From a virus (lineage: Duplodnaviria; Caudoviricetes): a stretch of DNA of 64,000 nt. A model generated the notes under the pieces. It made no database searches, was not told the origin of the DNA, and was given only the letters and a program-made list of their open reading frames with translations. The translations under genes were made by a program, and so were the position numbers. This document shows positions 37,451 to 46,467 of this stretch, piece by piece (position 1 is the first letter of the stretch; each line of letters starts with the position of its first letter). Location: positions 15,785 through 79,784 of the IMG/VR virus record IMGVR_UViG_3300028603_000032; one strand, written 5' to 3'.

Positions 37451-38107
37451 TCACCTTTGGAAGTCTCGGTGCTTGATCTTGGTGATGATCCGGTGGCCTG
37501 ATCTGGTCTTTATCTCGATAGCCGGGCGCGCAACGATGCCTTCGGCGATGAATGGCCCCCAGGTTGAATTGAAGCCCGCCTTGGCCATTTCGACCATTTC
37601 TGTTAGTGTCCCGCGCCCGATAATAGGGACAACATCAAGACCCAGCTTTGCTGCGACGTCCTCGACATTGGGACGTTCTAGCCACCAGTCTCCCACCTTC
37701 ACGTCGAACAGAACAAAGTCCTGATCAGCTCGGTAGTGGCCGCCGCCTTTCTGGATTCTGGCACCGTATCCTTCTCCGTAGAGACAGGCCCCATCGGGGA
37801 ACATCTCGGCGAGCTTTGCGCGCTGGTCGTCTGTGTGAAACCGCGCCTGCAGTCGCTCCACAAGGAACGCCGGTATCTGGGCAGCATCCGTCTTGCCACC
37901 GAACACGACCTCGTATGCTTTGCCCTCCTCCTGATACGGGGAGATCATCACCCGAATGTTCGTGCCGTCCACCTTCTCGGTGAACACCCACTCGTTGTTC
38001 GCGAGATAGGCGAAAGTGTCGTTCGCATAGTCGCCTTCGATGAGTGCCTTGTGGTTGGTCGCAGGGTCGCGCTTAAAAACCGTGTCGATCTTGTGATATT
38101 CTTTCAT
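37451..38107 (-). CDS. ATP-dependent RNA ligase family protein
   Basis: Nucleotidyltransferase motif I FTEKVDGTN; LYGEGYG; FVLFDV; EGIV; KIK. Confidence 0.8.
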   Translation of the reverse strand: MKEYHKIDTVFKRDPATNHKALIEGDYANDTFAYLANNEWVFTEKVDGTNIRVMISPYQEEGKAYEVVFGGKTDAAQIPAFLVERLQARFHTDDQRAKLAEMFPDGACLYGEGYGARIQKGGGHYRADQDFVLFDVKVGDWWLERPNVEDVAAKLGLDVVPIIGRGTLTEMVEMAKAGFNSTWGPFIAEGIVARPAIEIKTRSGHRIITKIKHRDFQR

Positions 38108-38149
38108 GTCGTTCCTATATCGCCTCTCTCTGTACAGGGCGGCGGCGGG

Positions 38150-38341
38150 TCATTGCACGCTCATTTTCTCAAGCCCATTCGCATCGAGGAACCTATCGAG
38201 CGCCGCTTTTGCATCCTCCATCGTCTCGAATGACGGCTCGTTTTGAATTAGGACTGTTCCATCATCCAATTCGAGCTCGATGTGCCATCCGTCCTCTTCG
38301 TGGACGAGAACAGCAGTGGTTCCGACGTGCGGGAAGGTCAT
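38150..38341 (-). CDS. Small acidic hypothetical protein
   Basis: ATGA overlap with marR-like gene. Confidence 0.5.
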   Translation of the reverse strand: MTFPHVGTTAVLVHEEDGWHIELELDDGTVLIQNEPSFETMEDAKAALDRFLDANGLEKMSVQ

Positions 38342-38766
38342 GCCGCTTCCTTCACTTCCCGCACCGGACCCTTCCCAATCCTCTCCAGATTGGCCAGGAA
38401 GGCCCTTCTCTGGCTTTGTGGGATTGCCCCAAGGATCAGGTCGTTTGCCCGTGCTGCGGCTTCTGTGGCCCCTAGGAGGGCTTGCCGTCCTTCATCCGTT
38501 AGGAACGACTGCACCGATCTGGTGTCCTTTTGAGAGCGCCTGCGTTTGATCATCCCAATCTTTGCCAGCCGCCTCAGAACATCGGCCATTGTCGAGCGGT
38601 CTATTCCGGTGGATTGGACGAGGGTGATTTGGTTTACGCCGTCACCGATATCCCGGATTGCCTTCAGGACTAGATACTGCGTGGGTGACAGTTCCGAATC
38701 GAATGCGGTCTTTGCCGCTTGGTGGGCAAGGTGCAGGGAGTGGAATGCAAAAGCGTCGGTTTTCAT
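38338..38766 (-). CDS. MarR-family transcriptional regulator
   Basis: LSPTQYLVL...QITLVQSTGIDRSTMADVLRRL...RRRSQKDTRS...LTDEG. Confidence 0.85.
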   Translation of the reverse strand: MKTDAFAFHSLHLAHQAAKTAFDSELSPTQYLVLKAIRDIGDGVNQITLVQSTGIDRSTMADVLRRLAKIGMIKRRRSQKDTRSVQSFLTDEGRQALLGATEAAARANDLILGAIPQSQRRAFLANLERIGKGPVREVKEAA

Positions 38767-39128
38767 CTGGTCAGCCTCGCTTCATGTCTTGCGGTCGCTT
38801 CGATGCTCTGAGTTTCGGAGAACTTCATCTCGCACCACTTCATCTTGACGCGAGCCAGGTTTGCGGCTGTGCGTGCCTCGACCATCTGCTTGATGAAGTC
38901 GTGCCATTCCTCGCTGGCTTTCACTTCGCGCTCGGCATGTGCTGCGGGCATGTCGCCGAGCGACTTCATCTTCTGGGCTAGAACCGCCGTCTTTGTCTCT
39001 TCAAGCATCCGAGCTGCGCCGTCGAGGGATACCCACTCATTGGCCGAAAGCCGGTATCGCTCCGACCAGCTTTGTTCATTTGTCGGAATCTCTCGGATTA
39101 GGGCAGTTGCTCTCTCGGAAGTGCGCAT
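38763..39128 (-). CDS. Hypothetical coiled-coil phage protein
   Basis: Helical; AEREVKAS.EW pattern typical of recombination-module genes. Confidence 0.6.
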   Translation of the reverse strand: MRTSERATALIREIPTNEQSWSERYRLSANEWVSLDGAARMLEETKTAVLAQKMKSLGDMPAAHAEREVKASEEWHDFIKQMVEARTAANLARVKMKWCEMKFSETQSIEATARHEARLTR

Positions 39129-39130
39129 GG

Positions 39131-39469
39131 CTACTCTGCCGCCTCCATTCTCTTCGACCTCAACATGCCTTTGGCTCTGAGCCTGTGCCCACCTTCGATG
39201 GGCTCGACGTTATTTCCATCCAGATCGTGCCGGTTGTTTCCGTAAAGCATTCGCTTCAGGTAGATCGGATGCGTTGTCCATCGGTGCAGGAAACTCGCCA
39301 GTGCGTCTCTGTCCGCATGGGGGTATTTTGCCTTCAGATCCTCGGCAATTCCGCGCTTGAGGATCATGGGGCACCATAGGGCGAATGGCTTTGGAAGATC
39401 CTCGACTGAGCACCCCAGTGTCGCGGCAAGCTCCTGACGGAGCTTGAGCATGCCGTCTCTTTTGCTCAT
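39131..39469 (-). CDS. ProQ/FinO-domain RNA-binding protein
   Basis: LKRGIAEDL...LASFLHRWTTHPIYL...RHDLDGN...H FinO fold signature. Confidence 0.75.
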   Translation of the reverse strand: MSKRDGMLKLRQELAATLGCSVEDLPKPFALWCPMILKRGIAEDLKAKYPHADRDALASFLHRWTTHPIYLKRMLYGNNRHDLDGNNVEPIEGGHRLRAKGMLRSKRMEAAE

Positions 39470-40803
39470 TCAGCCGCCTCTGCTCTCATGCTGGCCTTTG
39501 CCGTCGTAATACGGGTCGCAGCCTTTCCGATCGCGACAAGGATTTTGCCCTGTCGTTCTTCATCTAGTGCTTCGATTGTAGACTTGTGTTCCTTCTTCAG
39601 CTTGTTGAGTTGGGCAGGCGCCCGCACTTCATCGAAGGCACGGATGATATTTGCGGCAACATCGTCGCGCACGTCGCGCTCTGTCTCGGGATCATCTAGG
39701 TACGGTATTTCATCGACCGGTTCGTCTGGGTTAGGTGCATCTTCGACGCCGTAGCGGCTAGCCTTGCCTTCCAACTCGCGGTGTAGCGCGTCGTAGTAGC
39801 ATTGCAGGTCGTGAAGCGGCATGAGCTTGGATATTTCTGTCCAACTCGTCGTCCTGAAATGCTTCTTGATAAGAGCCGCTTTTGCCTGCTTGTCAGCCGC
39901 GCTGGTTGACGGGTAGTGGTTAACGAGCAGCGCCTCTATCTCATCAAGAACGATGTTGCGGCGGATGCTCTTGATATCCGACAGAGGGGTGTCATCGTCG
40001 GGCATGATGTCATGACTTGTACGCGAGACATCGGCAGACTCGTGCTTGCCGCCAAGTGCCATGAACTCGATGTGAGGCAGAAACGTCCCGAATGTGGGAT
40101 CTGGGAATTGCTTGCCGTCCAGACGCCTAGAGCGGTCCTTGAGAACCGTTGCCGTGCGCGCGATGGCCTTGGTGTGCAGATCCATGTTGCGCTCCATCCA
40201 GACGAGAATGTTCGGCTCGTAGCCGAGTCCCTTCTCGGCCTGCATCTTCGCGCCTGACTTCTCGATCTGCTTCTTCCCGCGCTCGTCCTCAACGTTCTCG
40301 TATTCCCAGCCGAGGCGACCACACAGGATGCAGTGCAGGTTGCTGGTAACGAACGCGTCAGAGAACTTGCGCCACTGACCCTTGATGAAGTTCCAATCCT
40401 GAAACTCCAGCCGCGTCATGGTTCTGCCGCGCCTCTCTGAGAGGGTAGCGAGGTAGGAGTTCTGCAGCTCTTCCCAGAAATGGGTGATGCTGTCTATGAA
40501 CAGCACCGAGGCATTCTGTTCTGCTTCGCGCACGGCCGGCACGAGATCCTTGAACGCCCGCGTCTTCGCGACCAGCAGAGGAATGCCGGCCTCGTCGAAC
40601 ATGGGCTTGATCCACGAACTGCCGTTCTCCGTATCGAGCATGAAGGCTGGCTTGCCAGATCCGGCAATGCCCTTGCTCTTCAGGTACTGGACGAGGCCGA
40701 TAGCAACGAGTGTTGCCGTGTGCGTCTTGCCGGAACCTGCCTCGCCCATGAACCCTGCCTTGAGATAAGCCATCGTGTTCTCTGCAGGCTTGAAAAGTGC
40801 CAT
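39466..40803 (-). CDS. Sak4-like AAA ATPase (single-strand annealing recombinase)
   Basis: GEAGSGKT Walker A, VLFIDSITHFW Walker B, ILCGR. Confidence 0.8.
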   Translation of the reverse strand: MALFKPAENTMAYLKAGFMGEAGSGKTHTATLVAIGLVQYLKSKGIAGSGKPAFMLDTENGSSWIKPMFDEAGIPLLVAKTRAFKDLVPAVREAEQNASVLFIDSITHFWEELQNSYLATLSERRGRTMTRLEFQDWNFIKGQWRKFSDAFVTSNLHCILCGRLGWEYENVEDERGKKQIEKSGAKMQAEKGLGYEPNILVWMERNMDLHTKAIARTATVLKDRSRRLDGKQFPDPTFGTFLPHIEFMALGGKHESADVSRTSHDIMPDDDTPLSDIKSIRRNIVLDEIEALLVNHYPSTSAADKQAKAALIKKHFRTTSWTEISKLMPLHDLQCYYDALHRELEGKASRYGVEDAPNPDEPVDEIPYLDDPETERDVRDDVAANIIRAFDEVRAPAQLNKLKKEHKSTIEALDEERQGKILVAIGKAATRITTAKASMRAEAAE

Positions 40804-41086
40804 TGTCAGTTTACTCCCATTACAATTGCCGCCCCGATCCCGAGGCCCACAGCCATTATCGAAAGAAGGATGGCGCTGATTGCCACCTTGATCCCGTAGT
40901 GTATTTCCAATTCTGTCCCGTGCATTTGTTCATGGTCCTTGTTCTACACACGCGACTGACTTAGTTTTGGGCCGACCCATTCGACAGCAGCGCTTCGCCA
41001 GGGCTGGCTACTAGGTGCGGGGTCTAGGAGGCAAACCCCCTGCCGGCATGGGCGCTAAGTCCCTCATTCGCGCCCCGGCCCAAAAC

Positions 41087-41386
41087 TCAGTAGCTCCTGC
41101 TTTCAACGTAGATCCGAAGGCGCTCCAAGGACTCCAGAACGAATTCCTTCCCGCCCAATGGATGGCCCATCTGTCGATCACACCAGAGCTGAGCATCGGC
41201 GAATTTGTTTCCGCGCCACGTGTCAGCGCAGAACTGATTGGTCATCGCCTGCACTTTGGCCTTCGATGCTTCGCGGTCTCTCCTGATACGATCCACCAGA
41301 GATGAATACGGGCGGGGTGCGACGGGCAGGGGAATTACGTTGTCGTTCATGACCAGTGCTCCATCCTCCTTTGCTGATAGCGACAC
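41087..41386 (-). CDS. Hypothetical protein
   Basis: Probable start MNDNVIPLP. Confidence 0.4.
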   Translation of the reverse strand: MSLSAKEDGALVMNDNVIPLPVAPRPYSSLVDRIRRDREASKAKVQAMTNQFCADTWRGNKFADAQLWCDRQMGHPLGGKEFVLESLERLRIYVESRSY

Positions 41387-41961
41387 TGGTCCTCACACCA
41401 GCATCCCTGCCAATCAGCACGCCTGCCGTACTTGCGCTTTAGGCGCGTCATCTCTGTGAGGTTGTCTGAGCAGATGGTGTCCCAAATGTCGTGCCAGACA
41501 GCGCCGTAATGAACGCCTTTCGGCGGCTTGTAGTCGAAGGCATCGCACTCGATGATATCGACACGATCGCTTGAGTAATGCGGTCCAACCAAGTCGATCA
41601 CATCCGGGTCTATCTCGACCACAGTGATATGTTCGACTTCGGTCTTCTTTAGGATCGCGGCGAGAACCATGCCGATCCCGAGGCCGTTTATGAGGACGTG
41701 CCCGTGTGACTTTTGGACGGCAAGCCTGTGGTCTCTGCGCTCATCTGGCGTATCGCTCATGACAACGCCGCGCTTGGCATGGATTAGTTGCGTATATGTT
41801 CCGGGCGGAATATACCCGCGCCCTCCGCCGACGATCGCCCTCATCTTACTCATGTTGCTATCGCTCTGGTCGACCTGAAAACGCTCCACGCGCCAATGAC
41901 CCTTCGTTCCTTCCGGGATGCTTACTGACTCGATCATCCTATCGGCCTCCGTTTCGGCCAT
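41347..41961 (-). CDS. Class I SAM-dependent methyltransferase (spermidine-synthase-like fold)
   Basis: VMSDT, VLINGLGIGM, VVEIDPDVI, CDAF, WHDIW. Confidence 0.75.
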   Translation of the reverse strand: MAETEADRMIESVSIPEGTKGHWRVERFQVDQSDSNMSKMRAIVGGGRGYIPPGTYTQLIHAKRGVVMSDTPDERRDHRLAVQKSHGHVLINGLGIGMVLAAILKKTEVEHITVVEIDPDVIDLVGPHYSSDRVDIIECDAFDYKPPKGVHYGAVWHDIWDTICSDNLTEMTRLKRKYGRRADWQGCWCEDQCRYQQRRMEHWS

Positions 41962-41962
41962 T

Positions 41963-42163
41963 TCATGCGGACTTCCTTCCCTCGATGATCACCAGGGCAG
42001 ACACCTCTTGTTTCAGGCGGCCTGCGAGCCACTTGATCCGGTCTTGGCGCGCCCTGTTATCAGGACTGGTCGAGAACGACCCGCCGTTCTTCAACTCTGC
42101 CGTAATGGCATTCTCCATCTTGTGGAGCTGTATGCGGGCAGAGCGGATGGCTTCGATTGTCAT
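41963..42163 (-). CDS. Hypothetical protein
   Basis: ATGA coupling. Confidence 0.5.
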   Translation of the reverse strand: MTIEAIRSARIQLHKMENAITAELKNGGSFSTSPDNRARQDRIKWLAGRLKQEVSALVIIEGRKSA

Positions 42164-42420
42164 GGCTTCTCACCGCGGACTTTGGCGCGCTCGGCAATCA
42201 TCCTGTCCGCAATCTCGTATGCTTGAACGGCAATCAGCCGTGGGCTGTCGCCGTGCCACACGTTCTGCCCCGTCAACATCCCAGCCAAAGCCTGCCCGGC
42301 GAACCAGTCCCTGAGCGACATGCCGGGCTCGAAACTCTGGTTCCAAGTCCCGTCCGGGCAATGTCCCTGTTCGGTCGGAAACGCAGGCCCACCATCATCA
42401 ATCTTTTTAGTTCCGCTCAT
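42160..42420 (-). CDS. Conserved phage protein
   Basis: DDGGPAFP...GMSLRDWFAGQAL...AYEIADRMIAER. Confidence 0.75.
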   Translation of the reverse strand: MSGTKKIDDGGPAFPTEQGHCPDGTWNQSFEPGMSLRDWFAGQALAGMLTGQNVWHGDSPRLIAVQAYEIADRMIAERAKVRGEKP

Positions 42421-42710
42421 TTCGCCCTCAATTCCGGTTTGAATGAATACGTCCGCGTATATGGAACTACCGGCTTTGTCCGCATGATCGCCCTTGCCAA
42501 GCGCCTGATATGGTTGTATTTCAGACTTGCTGCGGGGTATTTCGATTGCTCGACCATGTGCAGGAGCTCCGCCGCTGAGGCGCAGATTTCAGATAGTACG
42601 TCGTCGTGCTTCATCTCTTCCCTCATTTTCTCAGCGACGCGTTTCGCAAGCCATCCGCCGATGATGAGCAGCGATCCTCCGAAATAGGAGGCTGCCTCGA
42701 TCGGCATCAT
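42417..42710 (-). CDS. Hypothetical membrane-anchored protein
   Basis: N-terminal TM; ATGA coupling. Confidence 0.5.
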   Translation of the reverse strand: MMPIEAASYFGGSLLIIGGWLAKRVAEKMREEMKHDDVLSEICASAAELLHMVEQSKYPAASLKYNHIRRLARAIMRTKPVVPYTRTYSFKPELRAK

Positions 42711-42825
42711 TGCTTCGCTCTCAGCGCCTTTGCCCACGCAATCAGGGCGACAAAGAAGGCCCCAAAAATCGCCAGCATCAGAAACACGTCGGACCAGTTC
42801 TTAACTGCGAACCACAGGTCAGCCA

Positions 42826-43191
42826 TCACAGCACCTGCGCGCGGTAGTAGGCGAGGTCGCGCTCGTTCTCGTAGGGATCGTCAGCCGGGATCGATGCGAG
42901 CCAATCTCCGAACTGGATTTTTATGGCGTCCTTGATGTTTCCCTCCAGCCCATCGAAGAGCTGGCGCTGCAGGCTGTTGGCGGGCTGCGTGCTGTCAAGG
43001 CGGACGCCAATGTCGATCCAATCGACGTTGAAATCCTCGTCCACCCGGACCTTGCCGGCGAACATGCTCTCGGTAGAAATCCACTCGCCATTTACCGCGT
43101 CGTAGACCTTGAGAGGGATTTCCTCGAATTCGAACTCCGCATATTCAAGATCGCGATTGACGAGGTAATGGGTGGTGTCCAACTCACACAT
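42826..43191 (-). CDS. Acidic hypothetical protein
   Basis: ORF in early leftward operon. Confidence 0.55.
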   Translation of the reverse strand: MCELDTTHYLVNRDLEYAEFEFEEIPLKVYDAVNGEWISTESMFAGKVRVDEDFNVDWIDIGVRLDSTQPANSLQRQLFDGLEGNIKDAIKIQFGDWLASIPADDPYENERDLAYYRAQVL

Positions 43192-43193
43192 GA

Positions 43194-43376
43194 CTAGTGC
43201 CTCCGTTGAGTGGCGAGCTTGATGTTTGCGAGGGCCTTCTGGATGCGCCGGTTGCGAGCTGTCGCAAGGCCCATCTCGTAGCCTTCGATGTATTCAGGGG
43301 TTGAATAGAGATCAGGTGGCAAACCGCGTTCGCCGTGCTGCCAGCCCCGGAATATTTCTCGGTCCTCGCGGGTCAT
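43194..43376 (-). CDS. Hypothetical protein
   Basis: ATGA coupling. Confidence 0.5.
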   Translation of the reverse strand: MTREDREIFRGWQHGERGLPPDLYSTPEYIEGYEMGLATARNRRIQKALANIKLATQRRH

Positions 43377-43663
43377 GGCTGCTCTCCATTAGCCTTGGCG
43401 AGAGCTGCGCGAGCGCCGTTGAGAGTGGCAAGTCCGGGAACATTCAGTCCACCAGAGCGCTCTAGCGGTTCGAGGTGACGCACCAAGTGGCTGAGCTGAC
43501 GCACCAGATCGTCGTGTGCATTGACAGCGCGGACGATGAGGCTGGCGTGCAATTCGCTTAGATGATCGGCCACAGCGTGCCCGTTACCGTCATAGACGAT
43601 GGCGCTGTAGCCCTCGGAGAGCTGGTGAACCTCGTAGGTCCATTGAGTTGCTGAGGTATCCAT
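43373..43663 (-). CDS. Hypothetical protein (first gene of PL operon)
   Basis: Start MDTSATQW with RBS GGAGGAGG; LIVRAVNAHDDLV phage motif. Confidence 0.6.
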   Translation of the reverse strand: MDTSATQWTYEVHQLSEGYSAIVYDGNGHAVADHLSELHASLIVRAVNAHDDLVRQLSHLVRHLEPLERSGGLNVPGLATLNGARAALAKANGEQP

Positions 43664-43857
43664 CTGCGCGCGCCTCCTCCGGTTGAAAGGGGAGGGCGGC
43701 GTCCACGCTGGATGAGCGATCGGGGTCAGCTCATCACTTCCACCGCCCTGCCGCTGGCGGCCTCTCGCTCCGGGGAGAGTGAGGGAGACCGCCAGCGGGC
43801 CGGACAGGGCGCTTTGCACGATCTGCTCGGGGTTGATCTGCGTCCTGCCTGACACGA

Positions 43858-43890
43858 ACACAATACGGAAAATCGGAATAATCGGTCAAG
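43858..43890 (-). promoter_or_regulatory. PL-like promoter with operator
   Basis: Minus strand TTGACC...TATTGT; TCGGAATAATCG at 43873-43884 resembles the operator at 44787. Confidence 0.55.
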
Positions 43891-43983
43891 CAGAAAATGC
43901 GGAAAATCCGAAATCAATACGCAGAAATGAAAACGCCGCGTTGCGTGACGGCAACACGGCGCGGGCGATGATTCGGAGAAACC

Positions 43984-44685
43984 TCAGATTTGGTAGGCGG
44001 TGTACACCCCTACCACCAGCCCCTCCATGATGACCTTCTCAAGATCGTCTTCGGAAGGGTATGCCACGACCGGCCTGGGTGACTGCCGGCTGATGGTGAT
44101 GCAGTGCAGCTCGGTGCGTCCGTCCTGGATCACCACCCGGCGGATCGTGTGCTCTTTCTGTCCGCCGCGGTCCCGGATGACGTGAACCTCGTCCCCTTGG
44201 AGAGGGCTCTGCCTTATCTTGAAGTAAGGTACGCAAATTGCGAATCGGTTAGGATCTTCCTCGTAAGCTACCCAGTATTGGTCCAATCCGACTAATTTCG
44301 GGCTTGGGTCTGCTGGGACGCGTCTTGCTGCGTCCATTGAATGCCCCCCTTCCCGCCACACGCCTGGCGCGATAATAGCTCGTCCAAATATCAGCTTCTG
44401 TACGTCGCCTCCCCTCGGAGGCTCTAACGGCCTCACTGTTGACATATTACCGGCACCGTTTTGGTCTGGTCTACTCACAATTTCAGGGGGAGGATCGACG
44501 CCGAGATACCTGGCGATGATCGGGACCTCGTGCGCAGAGAAGCGCCGTCTGCCGGACTTGAGGTCGGTGATCGCGCTCGGCGGGACTTTCAGTAACCTAG
44601 CTAACTCCTTCTGACTCTTGCCCGAACGGCGTGGCAACGCACTCAGTGCGTCTCTGAACCACTTTGCCAGCGCCTCCTGTTCCAT
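43984..44685 (-). CDS. CI-like repressor (HTH plus degenerate S24-like C-terminal domain)
   Basis: SQKELARLLKVPPSAITDLKSGRRR HTH; divergent from cro-like gene. Confidence 0.8.
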   Translation of the reverse strand: MEQEALAKWFRDALSALPRRSGKSQKELARLLKVPPSAITDLKSGRRRFSAHEVPIIARYLGVDPPPEIVSRPDQNGAGNMSTVRPLEPPRGGDVQKLIFGRAIIAPGVWREGGHSMDAARRVPADPSPKLVGLDQYWVAYEEDPNRFAICVPYFKIRQSPLQGDEVHVIRDRGGQKEHTIRRVVIQDGRTELHCITISRQSPRPVVAYPSEDDLEKVIMEGLVVGVYTAYQI

Positions 44686-44775
44686 GGGCGCTATTCGCCC
44701 CTCAACAGGTTAAAAATCAATCCATCGCGGCTTAGTATTTTCAGAACACATGAATTGTGGATAAACCGAACGGTC

Positions 44776-44805
44776 TTGACTGAGGCTTCGGAATAACCGA
44801 ATATG
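44776..44805 (+). promoter_or_regulatory. PR-like promoter with palindromic operator
   Basis: TTGACT at 44776; TTCGG-AATAA-CCGAA at 44787-44801. Confidence 0.55.
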
Positions 44806-44810
44806 CGAGC

Positions 44811-45053
44811 ATGAAGCCTCGTAGAGACACCATCTATCTTGAGCCGGCCGCTCGCGTCATCCGAACCTTCGGGGGACGAAGCGTAGTTGCTGAGGTATGT
44901 GGAGTGACTGCGCATCGCGTTCATTCGTGGATGCGGCCGAGCGAGGTCGGGGGAACCGACGGTCGCATCCCGACCAAGCACCTGTCGAAACTACTGCAGT
45001 ACGCTGAGCAGAACAAGCTTCCGCTCAAGCCTCGTGACTTCATATCCGCGTAA
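44811..45053 (+). CDS. Cro-like regulator
   Basis: VIRTFGGRSVVAEVCGVTAHRVHSW...GGTDGRIP pattern. Confidence 0.75.
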   Translation: MKPRRDTIYLEPAARVIRTFGGRSVVAEVCGVTAHRVHSWMRPSEVGGTDGRIPTKHLSKLLQYAEQNKLPLKPRDFISA

Positions 45054-45715
45054 CTGTCTGAGTTGCATAGCGTTCCTCGATAGCGTTGGCGTCACGGTCA
45101 CAAGATCCCCGAGAGCCGGTGCGCCGCTAGTGGCGTGGCAATAAGCCGGAATAAGGGGTCGGTCCACTTTGGCGGGTCGCTACCGGCTCTCGGATCGTGA
45201 CGCCAACCGTATCGAGTGGGGCACTGCCAGTGAGCGTAGGCAGCGGCGTAGAGCAGGCGCTCTGGGGAACGCCGCTGTCATTTGAGATGCCGTAGCGAAC
45301 GGCTGGACTTCGATGCTCCATGACAGAGCCGGGGCATCGGGGGGTGAAGGCCAAGTAGGCTCGCCACCGGGCGCACGGTGGCTGCAACGTCTGAGTTAAT
45401 GGACGTGACTTAGCCGAGTGGAGAGGAACTCGGCACCTAAAGTTTCCCGTATCGCGTGTGCGTCGAGAGATCGAAATGACCAAAAGCCGTTTCTCGCCAA
45501 CGGCTGCAGCGTGAGGCGAGGATGCTCCGGAAGAGCGCTCTACCGACGAGGTTATCCGGAAAAGAGATTCTCGGTAGCGGACTGGCAGACGAAACGGGTG
45601 AGTACTGTGAGGCGGTGGTTCGAATCCACCCCTGCGAAAGCGGGAAGCTCAATGGAGGAGCGCGCGAGAAAGCCCGGCCATCCACGTATCGCGTTCGATT
45701 ACTTAGGAGGGACCG

Positions 45716-45910
45716 ATGCGATACGATGCCCACATTGAGCTGCGAAAAATCCTGCTTCGGCAGAGAGGCACAACAGCACGAGATTTCGTCGGTTCTTTGA
45801 CCGGCGATCCGAGGCCCTTGGGTCAGTCCCCTATGGGCGTTTCCTCCCTAAACTCAGGCCGTCCTCAACCGGGGGCGGCCCCTCTTTCTGCTGGGGAGGG
45901 GCGGGGATGA
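45716..45910 (+). CDS. Hypothetical protein
   Basis: RBS AGGAGG; ATGA coupling to gcrA-like gene. Confidence 0.45.
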   Translation: MRYDAHIELRKILLRQRGTTARDFVGSLTGDPRPLGQSPMGVSSLNSGRPQPGAAPLSAGEGRG

Positions 45911-46464
45911 GATTCGACTTCTGGACGAACGACAAAATCGAGCATCTCAAGAAGCTGCATTTCGCCGGGCTTTCGGCCAGCAAGATAGCATCGCGCATCG
46001 GGACAACGCGAAGCGCTGTCATAGGAAAGATCCACCGCCTGGGAATTCAGCGCGGAACATGGGCCACGAAAGCGGCAGCAAGAGAACGCGTGCGCCGCCA
46101 ATCCAAGCCAAGACAGAAAAGACGGGAGGTGAAAATGAAGCCGAATCCACTGATCGAGCTATTGGCGCTCCCGCTACCCGAGGAGCCGAAGGACGAGATC
46201 GCCCGCACCACCATCGTGGATCGCGAGAAGGACCAATGCGCCTGGATCATCGGGCCGTCGAACGAGATGAAGTGCTGCGGAGCCCCGATTGTCCCCGGCC
46301 TCTCGTCTCCGTACTGCATCGACCACGCTAGGCGGGCCTATTCGCTGCCGGCGGTCGAGCGGAAAGAGCTCATTCTGCAAGACATGCAGCAGGCCATTGC
46401 CAGGAAGCAGGCCCGTGAGGCCGGTGAGTTGCAGGACGCAGAGAAAGAAAAGGAAGCCGCGTAA
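45907..46464 (+). CDS. gcrA: GcrA cell-cycle regulator family protein
   Basis: WTNDKIEHLKKLHFAGLSASKIA...TRSAVIGKIHRLG; C-terminal CAWIIG...CCG...PYCIDHARRAY. Confidence 0.85.
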   Translation: MRFDFWTNDKIEHLKKLHFAGLSASKIASRIGTTRSAVIGKIHRLGIQRGTWATKAAARERVRRQSKPRQKRREVKMKPNPLIELLALPLPEEPKDEIARTTIVDREKDQCAWIIGPSNEMKCCGAPIVPGLSSPYCIDHARRAYSLPAVERKELILQDMQQAIARKQAREAGELQDAEKEKEAA

Positions 46465-46467
46465 GAG

